This document shows positions 38,115-48,820 of a stretch of DNA of 64,000 nt, in pieces (positions within the stretch are counted from its first letter, which is position 1; every line of letters starts with the position of its first letter). The notes below the pieces were generated by a model. It made no database searches and was not told where the DNA came from. It was given only the letters and a program-made list of their open reading frames with translations. The position numbers were made by a program, and so were the translations under genes. The stretch is from Massalongia carnosa (taxonomy: Eukaryota). The stretch lies in NCBI GenBank assembly GCA_965645245.1, contig OZ287074.1, positions 1,302,001 to 1,366,000 on the forward strand, in the 5' to 3' direction.

Positions 38115-39434
38115 TTAGGATCCACCGTTCGTTTCTACACTGTTCGCGGTCGTGCCATTCGTAGCTACACCGGAGGGATTTGGATCAGACATTGGCACCC
38201 CCTTCGCAAAGACCTTCCCAACATCACCCCACCAGGTCTCGCCGTAGGCGGAATACCATGCAGCAGTTCTACGCAGGCCCTCTTCCATGGAAACGGTCTG
38301 CTCCCAACCTAACGACCGTAATTTGGAACAATCAAGACCACTGCCACGATCGTGAAAAGGTCGATCGGGCGCCGATTGAATCCATGCGTTCACATCAGTG
38401 GGACCAGGCGGTTGGATGAGAGTTAGAAGAGTAGAACATAGAGCTTTGTTGGTCAGCTCGTCTGGAGAGCCGAGATTATAGATTTCTCCGCCGATGCCGC
38501 GGTGGAGGAGGACGTTAAAAGCGTTGGCCGCGTCGCCGGCGTATAGATAGCGTCGTGTTTGATTGCCAGCCCCATAGAGCGGAAGCTTGAGGCCTCGTTT
38601 GAGCATCATGATGAATTTAGGGATTATCTCTGGACGTATCGTCAGTATATTCATTTCTGGATCTCGGAACATGCTGCATACTTTCAGGGAACTGATTTGG
38701 ACCGTAGACATTGTTGGATCTGACAATGATTGTTTCGAGCTCGTGAGTATTTCCAAAGGCTGTGACGAGCATTTCAGCTGCAGCTTTGCCTGCGCCATAG
38801 GGGTTCACAGGAGAGAGAGCACTGGTTTCTACATGGCCACTAGGACCAGCTTTCGTCGCTCCATAGGCCTCATACGATGACATGTGAATAAATCTCTTGA
38901 CACCGCAGGACTTGGCACTCTCCAATAGAACCTGAGTGCCATGGATATTCGTACTGGCAAACGCAAAAGGGCTAGTGAAACTTGCGTCAACAGAGGAATT
39001 TGCAGCTAAGTGAATTATGGTGTCAATATCGTGTTTGCGTAAGCACCTGGCAATGTCGTCTGGAGAAGTGATATCTCCTTGGAAAAAGGAAAAGTTTGGC
39101 CGTCCCTCAAGCATCTTGGTATTGTTCAGCGATGCGCCATAGTCCAGCTTGTCGAATGAAACGATTTGGTAACGTTCTGAGTAAGTGATAGCCAATGCGC
39201 GAATTACCCAGGACCCTCTAGCCGTTTATCATAAGCCGATTGCAATCTTCAATAAAGGAGTGGGGGAGGGCTGATAAATCAGGGGAGGTTGAGTTCTTGA
39301 CATATGAAGACATACATGAATCCATTGCCACCTGACACCATAATGTTCTTGACGCCGGTTGAAGGCGGAAACTTAGTGGTTTCATTGAGCGTTTGCTCAT
39401 CGATCAAGTTGTTGACGGGAGTCTTGAAATCCAT
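38115..39434 (-). CDS. NDP-glucose 4,6-dehydratase-like extended SDR (RmlB/TGDS family), 3 exons
   Basis: VSGGNGF(I) Rossmann motif, FDKLDY, IHLAANSSVDASF, NPYGAGK (YxxxK), RSNNVYGPNQFPE|KIIPKF, DRPFHD. Confidence 0.9.
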
Positions 39435-40235
39435 CGTTGATGAATAGAGAACCTTGAACACCACGAAGTCGTATGGCTAAACGTTTAAATCGATAGCTGA
39501 TGCAACGGTGGCGAGGACAATCCAATTTTATAATGTATGGATTGTGGTCCAGCCTCCTTGATTGTACCAAATATTGCGGGGACTGTTATTGAATAGCGAA
39601 ATGCGTTAAGATATGCAAGGCTATACAAGCTATGACAGGTAGCCCTCCCGGACCTCGTCCACAATAAGTCAACAGTTCAGTATCTTATTAAGGATAATTG
39701 TGATATTTTCTCGAGGGGTAGATGCACGAGGTAAGGCGCTATGTCTCCTCATTGACCGTTTAGATGCATATTCTGCAGAGCTAGTTCGTATCCACTGTGA
39801 TTGGCGTAAGTCTTCGGTCAGCCCAGTCTCTGTGTCTTCGGAGCTCATCTGCTGGGTAGATCTGATGGTAATATCTTGCAGATGATACGTTTGTTTGTTT
39901 AACGGAATCACCAGTAATTCTTCATATCTGGTGAGAAAGTAGAAAATTAGGTAGATAGAACGAAGCATACCCGGTACCTTCAGATAAGCAAATTTTGAGT
40001 CCATGGCGATATACCGAAAGACAATGAAGCGATAAGGGCTGCAGAAGTGACTTTCAAATATGTGGTACATATGCAGAGGGCGCTTGGTAAAAGGAAAAAA
40101 GTCAGAAACAGCTCATATATCATTAATGGATCCTGTAAATGGCAGGGGGAAAAGTCAATACTAGAATTAACAAAGAGTAATCGGGGCAACATATAATTTG
40201 TCAACACATACTTATTTAATACCTGCCAGATTTCA

Positions 40236-42279
40236 TCAGTATCCTGCAGGCTCCTGCTGTGCAGGAAATGCAGATTTTTCTAAATTCGACAAGCATGCTT
40301 GTTTCCAGTTGATAGGTGTGAACTTGTCTACAATTCTTTTGAAAGCTTCCTATAACCGTTTTCTATAATCAATAGAGTTGAATGTGATTTTAGTCTGATG
40401 GGTTATACAACTTACAAGCGTACAAAAGCTCTCATCCTCCTTCCAATGATCTCCCATTGTCTTACAGCCAGGAATGACTACAGGTCTGTCATTGTAACGA
40501 AGGCGTACGTAGAAGTCGCTCATATTTGCTGATGGAGAGCCGTTCACTTCCCTCACCAATCTCTCTAAAGCAATGCATATGTTAGTTTGAGTCCTTGAAA
40601 CCCTGCGCCAGGATATAGTTAGCGGGAAATACCTGGTTGTAGCTGTTGCTTTTCTGGCAGTTGAGCTGGTCGATTAGCATTCGGGCTGGAAGTAGATGTT
40701 TGTTGGCGTTGAGGGATTGGATCTTTGAACAACTCCACGGCTATAGAAGAAGTATAGGATGGCCAACCACCATTTTTGCCCTCCAAAGTGCCCAATGAAG
40801 CTAGCATGGCAGCAAGGGTGGAATCATGACCCCCAGACAAAGTGAACTTCAGAGGAGCCCTGTCGTCGCAGTTATCTTCATGATGCTCACCATATGTTCT
40901 AGCCATATGGAGGCTATCCGGTTCATTGTTGTGGACGCTCTGTATCATACGCTGGACGACTTCTCCGAGTAAGGCGCCTATACCAACAGTCCGATATTCT
41001 AGACTCTCTTTGTAGCCAGAATATTCCTCTTCTACTAAAATTCGGTCAATCATCTGGCGAGCTTTCGCATCATAGAACTCTTGAGGAAGATGAGTTTTGG
41101 AGCTCGGGGTTGCGAGTGTTGAATTGATTGTATCGTAGATGCCATGCAGCCGAGGAACCGAATTCACAGCGACACGTTGTTTTGCTGGCATCCAGCGTTG
41201 TATCAGTTCATTCACATAGCTCATCTCTTCCGACGAATCCCCTGTGTTGTGAGTTAGCTTGCATAGCGGGGTAGCCTCATCGATACTGTATTCACATTTT
41301 TCAGCGGTTCTTTGCGAGAAGGCCTTGAGTAACTGTTGCAGTCTCAGACAATGATCCTCATTGGGCAATAGAGTCTCGTCTGATATAGTCCGTGTGACAA
41401 TCACAGGCTGACGAAATCTTGCGCCTCTGGCGTAAGGGGGGTAAAGCTCCGAGAAAGTTTGCTGCAGAGAATCCAGGGCACGTGGAAATGGAGAAGCTCT
41501 TAGATAGATTGTGGACGCATCATTAATCACCTTGGGTAAGAAGCCTAGCTGATGCACATACAAATGGCGAAGCCGTTTTCCTAAAGCTGATGTTGTCTGA
41601 CGCCCCTTATCTGTGATTTCGGCCAAGTTGCTAGGAAAATCTTAGCCATTGGCCATCATTCTGACACTCGTACGTCTACCAGATGGCGTCCTCCGCTTCA
41701 GCTCCGTTAGAGGAGAATTGCACTCTATCATTTTCAGATGTTTTCAAATGTCGTTTCCATTCAAAACTACCCCAGCTATGGATGTCATTGTTGCTCATAA
41801 CAATACTCATCATATGTCTGGCGGAGTTACAGTATGGCCAGACTGATATCCAGTCAACATCTCAAGCAGACATATTCTGGAAGACGAAGAGAGTGACGAT
41901 ACGCACAAGCAGGGAGACCAGTCTGAGACAGGAAGATCAATGCCCCATGCTATCTAGAAAGTTTAAAGCTCACTCACATTTTGGAATCTTGCGACCTCCG
42001 GAGTTCTCTCACCTACAGAAACGTGTTAGCATATGTCCAAAGCATATGCTGAGATTCACGTTTTGAAAAAAATGAGGCTATACCATGCCGCATAAACTAT
42101 TAAACGTACGTCGAAATTAGCAAATCAAAGAGCATGTAACATCATACTTCAACTTCATTACCCGGACGAAGCTTTTCTTTGGAACCTACAACTTGAACGA
42201 GCTGGAGCTGCAAATTCTTTGGGTACAAATGCCGCAATTCTTCATCGCTGTATGGAGGTCGAGGCTGAAGAGTTGTCAT
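40236..42279 (-). CDS. Histidine acid phosphatase, multi-exon
   Basis: N-terminus MTTLQPRPPYSDEEL; spliced RHG|ERTP; ITDKG, LRASPFPRALDS, GHDST proton-donor motif; ends EPAGY*. Confidence 0.9.
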
Positions 42280-43735
42280 GATCGTGCTGTCAAGACGTCC
42301 TTGGGTTGAAGTTAATAACGTTATGGATATGAAAGAGATAACGATATCTGAATTACTTGAGAAGCTAAATATCTAGCTAGAGCGTATATGAAAAAGCTGT
42401 CTATTCCCCTGCTACTTTGGGCAAGACTACCTCATGCGGTTAGATTTAACCCGAAAAAGGGAAGGCGGGTTGCGGAACAGTACTGAATTATCAAATAATG
42501 CGGAGAGGACGCCGTACGGAAAGGACCAAAAAGAGGCACCTCACTGCGAGCATGCATTTCATCGTATGATATCGTAAAACTTTGCAGGCCTATTAATCAT
42601 ATCAACCATAGTCGATATCTCGAAACTTGCGTGCTTTTTCGCCCGTTTGCGGTGGGGGGAGGAGGTCTCTTCGCGAAGCATCAGATTTTCTTTGAAATCG
42701 TTCATAAGAGGTTTAGCGCGGACTCGATTGGGTTTACGGTACCTATCATAGCCTTTTCACCGCAGCTTTTTTCTATTTCAAGGTAAAGAATCTTCTCCAT
42801 CGCAGCTCCCTTCATGATGATGATGATGTATTCATACTCCGATATGACACCGGCCGTAGGCCGACCCATGCGGGCAAAGCTATCTGTCAGATAGATGATG
42901 ATGGGCGAAGACCTTGCTTGCTACTACAGAAAAGGGAGATGACTATATACAGAGTGACAGGGCTGAGGGCCGAGCTCGCTTAGTAATGCCCACTTTTGAC
43001 ACTATCTAAGTTATGTTACATGGAAAACCTTTCACAGGTGTAAAAACCATATCCCTTGATACCCGTCCGATGTGACTACGGGTCGACGTCGGGCGGGAGA
43101 CGCAGTGCAAAAGACGTGTGGGAACTGTAATGCCTTGTGAAAAGAGAAGAAAGAAAGAAAGGTTCAACTATTGTTGATTGTACAATAATGTTGATGCTAG
43201 TGAGAATTGATTCATTAAGCCTGTTTTCATTAGCCAAGCAATTAGTATCTTCAGAGTTTTTGATGATTCGGTCAGCTGCTGATAGTCGCTCGTGCCGGCG
43301 GCGCGAAACATCTGTTCTCTATTGTCAATAAGTCTGCAGAACATGATTACATGTTCTGGAGTTTGTCTGTGCCAGCCACATGAGCAGCCGGTGAGGTGAC
43401 GGAGGGCACCCGTCGCTTATAGAGGAAGTCAGCTAACCCGATTTTGCCAGTGCGGAGAGCAGCTCCCTTCATCTCAGCCAGCTAATAATTCTTTCTATGA
43501 CCCTTATCGGTGCCGTTACCTTCGCTTGCGCTGGGGGGGCTTTTAATTGGATGAATTGATTTGAATGCTTGAATTTGATTGGGCATGGGAACGACACAGG
43601 TCAGCCCGGGCAGGCCTAGGCACGTGACTCGGGGTCGGTGCTGAGGTGAGAACCTCATCTTCTAGGCCCGAGGCGTCTGCTGACGCTCAACGATCCGATA
43701 GATGATGCCCGACGGCAGTGCCCGACGGCGATGAT

Positions 43736-44902
43736 CTAGATGGAGGTGCCCGGCGGCGCTCCGGATCGATGCCCTGGTTGACCTGTACGCCCAATGGAAT
43801 GCCCAATTGAGTAGGGGTAGGAGTTTGTAGGATTCGTCTCGGCGACGATAGCACGTGGGACTGCTAGAGGGATGCCTTTTTGAAAACTGAGGTTCAAATT
43901 GAATAGTGAGGCCTGGGACGTCTGAAAGTATAGCTGAAACGCGTTTGATGACCATCTTCCAAGTCTCTGAATACTCTCATCCAGCATCCCGTGGTCGGCG
44001 GCGTGTTGTGCTGCTCCTTTTCTGAAGCTGTGTCCCGAGTATGCCGAGTCGTTGATGCCGGCGGCTATCAGTCTCTTTTTCAGGGATGCTATGACGGAGG
44101 CTCTGGTGAATGCGGTGCCGAGACGAAAAAGCGGGGATGTAGATGGCTGAGGATCATTTCTGAAAAGACGCCGTAGTGCTGTCACGGGGCAAGTGCTCTC
44201 ATTGGTCGCTGCCAGCACTATCTGAACTCCTGAGTGATTTGTGTCTGTTTTGCTTCTTTTGAGACGTAATGTCGCGTATTGATCGTTCTCGGCGAATGAG
44301 ATGTCACCTCGTGTAGGTTTCAATCTCTGAAAAGATGTCTTCTTACGATCGGCGACAGTGTAGGTGATTTCCCCGAGTCTGAGGAACCCTGCCCATGCAA
44401 CTTTGAATGTCGCGTCGATGTTGAGGTCTTCGGCCGAATGAGCGGGAATACTGGTGATTTTTGTCAGTAATTCTTTTGAAATGGGTAGGCGTCTTCTTTT
44501 TGTCTGAGAAAAGATCCTTTTTCCCCCTTTCAGCATCAATTGAAGTCTCGGCCCCTCGAATGGGGTGAGGCCGTATCCTCGGTCTACATGGTATGATCTG
44601 AGGCCGGCGAGGTAGCTCGCTGCCGTCTCTGGTTTTATCTTTCCCTGCTTGGGTGTGCCGCCCCCGTATAGTCGACCGGCTAGCCATTCCTCGAGGGACT
44701 CGGTTGTTGCAGGCCACGACGTGCGTCCCGTCGTCGCGCAGAATGCCTCGTATGAGTCGATCGCCGTCCCGTACCCTTTTCTCGTGTCCGCCGAGTGTCC
44801 GTGCCAGACGAGGCGTTTTACCAGGGCTGACCCTGGTGTGGAGGATAGGTAGGTGGAGGGAGGTTCATCGAATTGTATGGGTTCCGCCAATGAGGGCAAA
44901 AG
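43736..44902 (-). CDS. Tyrosine recombinase of the retrotransposon
   Basis: Catalytic set intact: FLRLGE (R), KRSKTD (K), GHSFRKG (HxxR), LGRWSS (W), FQLYF (Y). No AUG before residue ~121. Confidence 0.93.
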   Translation of the reverse strand, partial: LLPSLAEPIQFDEPPSTYLSSTPGSALVKRLVWHGHSADTRKGYGTAIDSYEAFCATTGRTSWPATTESLEEWLAGRLYGGGTPKQGKIKPETAASYLAGLRSYHVDRGYGLTPFEGPRLQLMLKGGKRIFSQTKRRRLPISKELLTKITSIPAHSAEDLNIDATFKVAWAGFLRLGEITYTVADRKKTSFQRLKPTRGDISFAENDQYATLRLKRSKTDTNHSGVQIVLAATNESTCPVTALRRLFRNDPQPSTSPLFRLGTAFTRASVIASLKKRLIAAGINDSAYSGHSFRKGAAQHAADHGMLDESIQRLGRWSSNAFQLYFQTSQASLFNLNLSFQKGIPLAVPRAIVAETNPTNSYPYSIGHSIGRTGQPGHRSGAPPGTSI

Positions 44903-46521
44903 TTAGCCAATCTTTCATCATCAAAACGTGACAGGGCATCTGCTAGTCCATTGGAAGTGCCACTGATCCATTGACAACGTAGTACGATGTCCCACTTTGC
45001 AGCTATGGACAGTATTTCTCGTAGAGGCGCGTTGGCCGGTCCCTTGAGGGTTAGATTCGTGAATCCTGTGTATGCTGTGTTGCTGTCGGTAAAGACAAGG
45101 ATCTGTCGATGTCGCCATGTCGGCGCCCATTTCTGAAGGATTAGAAGGATAGCCTCGACTTCTCAGACGTTTATGCTCGGTGATTCTTCCTGATTGAGGA
45201 CTAGGACTCGGGCCCTACATGCGTTTTTTTGATTCACGAGCTCGTTGTCTTGTTGAAAATAGCCTCCGAGACCCGTGAGGCATGCATCCGTATGCACCTT
45301 GATCGTGTCTCGTGTTGACGTCTCGAAGAAGACAATACCGTTGAAGTCCACTAAAAGTTTGTTCCACCAGATGAGATCCTGTCTGACCCATGTGGGAATT
45401 CTTCTTTTGACCCGACGATGACTGCCCGAGGGAAATGAGGCTATAAAATTCCAGAATAATCGTAAGAAGACTCGGCCCAATTTGACTGCCTGTGCGCAGA
45501 AGCTTAGGAAGCCCGCTATTGACTGCATGTCGCCGAGGCTGATTGTCGTCTCGTTTAGTGCCTTTGTAGTGATGATTCTCGCTTTTTCCAGCTTGTCCGC
45601 TGGCAGACGAATAAGACTGTTGATAGTGTCGACCTCGAGTCCGAAGACTGTCGCTGTCGTTCCCTCGGCGTCTTTTGAGTCGTTTCTCGCGATGCCGAGA
45701 ATGTCGGTGAGAATGTTGTAGGCTTTTGTTTCTTGGTGCAATCGTTCTGACGATGTCTCGGATGGGAAAATTGCAACGAAGTCGTCTAGATAGTGATGTA
45801 ATCTCCATTGTAGAAAGGATTCCAAAATCCAATGAAAGCCTTCCGCAAAAAGATTGAAGATGAACGGGGCCGTCGACAGTACGAACGAAAGGCATGTCTC
45901 GGTGTAGAATTCGTCATTCCATCCGAAACCCAGAAGCCATTGATGATGAGGTGCGACGGGAACGTTTCGAAAGGCGTCTTTGACGTCTCTTTTCACTATG
46001 ACAGCACCTTTGCCCTCTGACAGAATCAATTGACTAATGTCGTCGAGTCTGGCGTATTGTAATTTGGATGCCTCTTCTGGAATGTTGTCGTTGACTGATG
46101 TTTGATTGGGATGAGACAGATGATGAATGCGTCGCCATCCTCCGTCATGTTTCGGGACCAAGCCGAGGGGGGAGGCCACAAATGGCTGACTCGGGGCGGC
46201 TATTCGTCTGACTCGGCCCTTCCTGAGGTCCTCTTGAAGCTTATTCTCGATCGTTTCCGGGTCCTCATTCACTGATGTCAGATTTTTTTCGATCCGAAGG
46301 ATGTCTGTGGGGCCTTCGTATCCGATTTGTACTCCGAAACGAAGGATCATGGGCAGATGGACTCGGAGGGGGCCCGGATACTCTTGAAGTAGAGTTGCCC
46401 ATGCGGACGGTACGAGGGGAGATGGGCTGTCTTTCAAACGCTGACGAGATGCGTCTACGAGTTGAAACGAAGGGATTGTATTTGGTCTGATTGGTGCAGG
46501 TAAGCAGGGATGGGACGTCAT
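44818..46521 (-). pseudogene. Reverse transcriptase-RNase H (pol) with one in-frame TGA at 45163-45165
   Basis: VPKHDGGWRRIHHLS, KRDVKDAFR, HYLDD, HTDAC; the frame continues past the stop as SINV*EVEAI...FTDS...NGLADALSR to TAA at 44818. Confidence 0.9.
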
Positions 46522-46566
46522 GAATTCAGCTATTGAAGCTATTCTACTGCCTCCTGCACCAACCCC

Positions 46567-47580
46567 CTATTTCTTCGTTGGGCATGTCTTCTGGCCATGC
46601 CCAGCCGCGCCGCACGATTTGCATTTGTGCTGTCGGTAGCACGACGGCCAGGTGCAGGTGCCGCTGTTGTACTTGTCGCAGATTTCCCCCGCTGCCTTCT
46701 CGGCCCTCTCGGCCCTGTCTCCTCTCGGGATCGGTCGTCGGGACGGCGGGGATCGTGAGCGGCGACGGCGTAGGACTGTGAGGGGGGTGCAGAATCGAGC
46801 TTGGAATTCGTCGGGCATTTTCCATTGGGATGCGTCGGATGGCTGAGACGCGATGATGTGGGCGTGGGTTTCGATGGCGAGGGGGAGGACTGCTTCCTGC
46901 CACTCGTACACCTTGGCCAGCGTGAGGATTTTTCCGTGGAATGCCGACATGGTGGCGTGAAGCTGTTGACTCGATTTCCCGAAAAGACTGACCATGATCG
47001 AGGTGTAGTTGATGAAGCTCTCGGTCCAGACGTCATGAACTGTCTTTCCGAAATCTTTGTAGGTCCCGGACGCCTTTCTCAACCTCAAGGCGCCGTCTTC
47101 AATGCCGATGCGGTCTTGATCCTTGTATGACTCGTATTGCATGCCGTGCATGTGTCGGAGGCGGGAGAGGTTGATAGCTTTGAATTTATTTGAAAAGATC
47201 TTGATGATCTCGTCCTGTGGTAGGCCCGCGAAACGGGGTGCTATGCTTCTTACTTCGAGAGGGATCTCACCTAGGTCCTCGTCGTCATCGCCGACGACAC
47301 GACTCGGCTTGCCAGCAGGAATGACGACCGCTATTCGGGCGTCAGATTCTCGGCGCATGCAGTCGATTTCTAGCTGCATTTTTTCCACCTCCTTCTCGGC
47401 GACCAATGCCTTGGACTCGGCAATTCTAGCCTCAGCCTCGGCCGCCTTCGCTTCCGCCTCGGCTTTCTTCTTTTGTAGGGCGAAGATTTGATTGGATTGG
47501 GCCTGCGTCAATCCGACAATCTCCTGGGGGTCGGGGACTATGTCGTCCATCAAGGTGCTTTGGGAACGGGTGTTCGTCAT
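46567..47580 (-). CDS. Gag-like ORF1 with coiled coil and C-terminal CCCH + CCHC zinc fingers
   Basis: CDKYNSGTCTWPSCYRQH followed by CKSCGAAGHGQKTC; first ATG at 47580. Confidence 0.85.
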   Translation of the reverse strand: MTNTRSQSTLMDDIVPDPQEIVGLTQAQSNQIFALQKKKAEAEAKAAEAEARIAESKALVAEKEVEKMQLEIDCMRRESDARIAVVIPAGKPSRVVGDDDEDLGEIPLEVRSIAPRFAGLPQDEIIKIFSNKFKAINLSRLRHMHGMQYESYKDQDRIGIEDGALRLRKASGTYKDFGKTVHDVWTESFINYTSIMVSLFGKSSQQLHATMSAFHGKILTLAKVYEWQEAVLPLAIETHAHIIASQPSDASQWKMPDEFQARFCTPLTVLRRRRSRSPPSRRPIPRGDRAERAEKAAGEICDKYNSGTCTWPSCYRQHKCKSCGAAGHGQKTCPTKK

Positions 47581-47583
47581 TGG

Positions 47584-47706
47584 GAGGTAGGGGCACCGAG
47601 ACAACGTGAGGTCGACGACGAGTCAGTGAGATTGGAAAAGCAGCAAGCACTGACAGCGAGGTAGGGGCACCGAGACAACGTGGGGTCGACGACGAGTCAG
47701 TGAGAT
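47584..47706. repeat. 49-bp direct repeat in the retrotransposon 5' leader
   Basis: 47584-47632 and 47658-47706 differ at one base. Confidence 0.92.
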
Positions 47707-47869
47707 GGATGAGGCCGAGTGAGAAGAAGTGGATGAGGAAAGAATTTTCAGAGGGTGATTCTTAATTTACTTTGACTCAGGGGCCTCACGTGACATAGAA
47801 CCTTCTCATCTATTTTAGCTCTTCATGTCTCAACACGTTTTTGCTCTTACTCAGGCCTCCGCACGTTCC

Positions 47870-48400
47870 GTAAATCAAATCGAACGATGCCGCAAACATA
47901 TAAACAATAAGAAAAACTCGCCGTACGGCGTTTTTCGGGTAAGAATTCTTATTTGAATTTTGACGTTTTGATTAATTATTTCATTAGGTGCAAAAACAAA
48001 CTCCTGTTATTTATTCGCGATCCTGTTTTGTTTCTTCAGACGCTCTCATTTTTTCTTCTATCGTTATCGAGTGCAAAAATAAAATATTTATCGCTCGCAC
48101 GGGAAACGCTTGCTGAATATCAACGTGAACTCGATACAGGAATGTTAACGGAAGATATTTTGACGAAAAAAATTGACGATGATATAGATAAGACTCGAGA
48201 CGGACGAGCTTATAATCACGTCAAACGACATATAATAGAAAAATCGTGTTGAAAGGGAGAAAATGGAGTTGATTATTTTTACGCTTCTAGAGTGCCTTAT
48301 TATCGACAGCTTCGAGAAAATGAACGAATTCAAGATGCACGAGATCAAAAAGCTAAAGAAGCTATCTGAAAAGCGACGGAAAAAGAAAATTGATAACAGA
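47870..48400. mobile_element. Degenerate AT-rich repeat relic (RIP-like)
   Basis: Sharp drop in GC relative to the neighbouring element, many surviving C in CpG, broken reading frames; family not identifiable. Confidence 0.5.
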
Positions 48401-48409
48401 GGAGATAGA

Positions 48410-48820
48410 TATTGAGGTTATTCAAGAGGCTATCTGATAGCTATTTGGGAAACTATTTGGGAGACTATTTGAAAGGCTATTTGAAAAGCAGCGAAGATTA
48501 TCTGAGAGACTATTTGAAAGGCTAATTGAAAAGTTATTTGGGAGGCTATTTGAAGAATTATTTGAAAAGCAGCGCAGAATATCTGAAAGGCTATTTGAAA
48601 GGCTATTTGAGAGACTATTTGAAAGCGGTGAAGACTATCTGAGAGGCTATTTGAAAGGCTTTATGCGAGGCTATTTGAAAGGCTATTTGGGAGGCTATTT
48701 GAGATGCTATCTGAAAAGCAGCGGAGACTATTTGGGAGGCTATTTGGGGAATATTTGGGAGGCTATTTGGAAGATATTTGAGGAGATAATTGAAAGGCTA
48801 TTTGGGAGACTATTTGTTGA
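48410..48820. repeat. Degenerate 12-bp minisatellite (GAAAGGCTATTT / GGGAGGCTATTT)
   Basis: Many GGCTATTTG/GACTATTTG units at about 12-bp period, with interspersed AAAGCAGCG variants. Confidence 0.9.

Larger units (their letters stand above)
43260..47820 (-). mobile_element. Tyrosine-recombinase retrotransposon (Ngaro/DIRS order): gag - RT/RNase H - YR; boundaries approximate
   Basis: Three co-oriented intronless ORFs in DIRS/Ngaro order; no protease, DDE integrase or LTRs seen. Confidence 0.92.

Noticed and set aside
43222..43310. Hammerhead ribozyme cores (minus CTGAAGA...GAAA; plus CTGATAG...CGAAAC)
   Set aside because: Stem II closing pair and stems I/III do not form on the minus strand; the plus-strand core lacks CUGANGA.
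43420..43548. RNase MRP/P-like words (GAGGAAGTC, GAGAG, GGGGCTT)
   Set aside because: The two halves of the P4 helix are not complementary.
45162..45170. CTCAGACGT at the pol premature stop matches the hairpin-element end motif
   Set aside because: Only 9 bp, within an otherwise normal coding motif; consistent with chance.
45215..45895. 226-aa alternative-frame ORF inside pol, and other long ORFs overlapping or antisense to real genes
   Set aside because: No domain motifs; explained by codon bias of the true genes.
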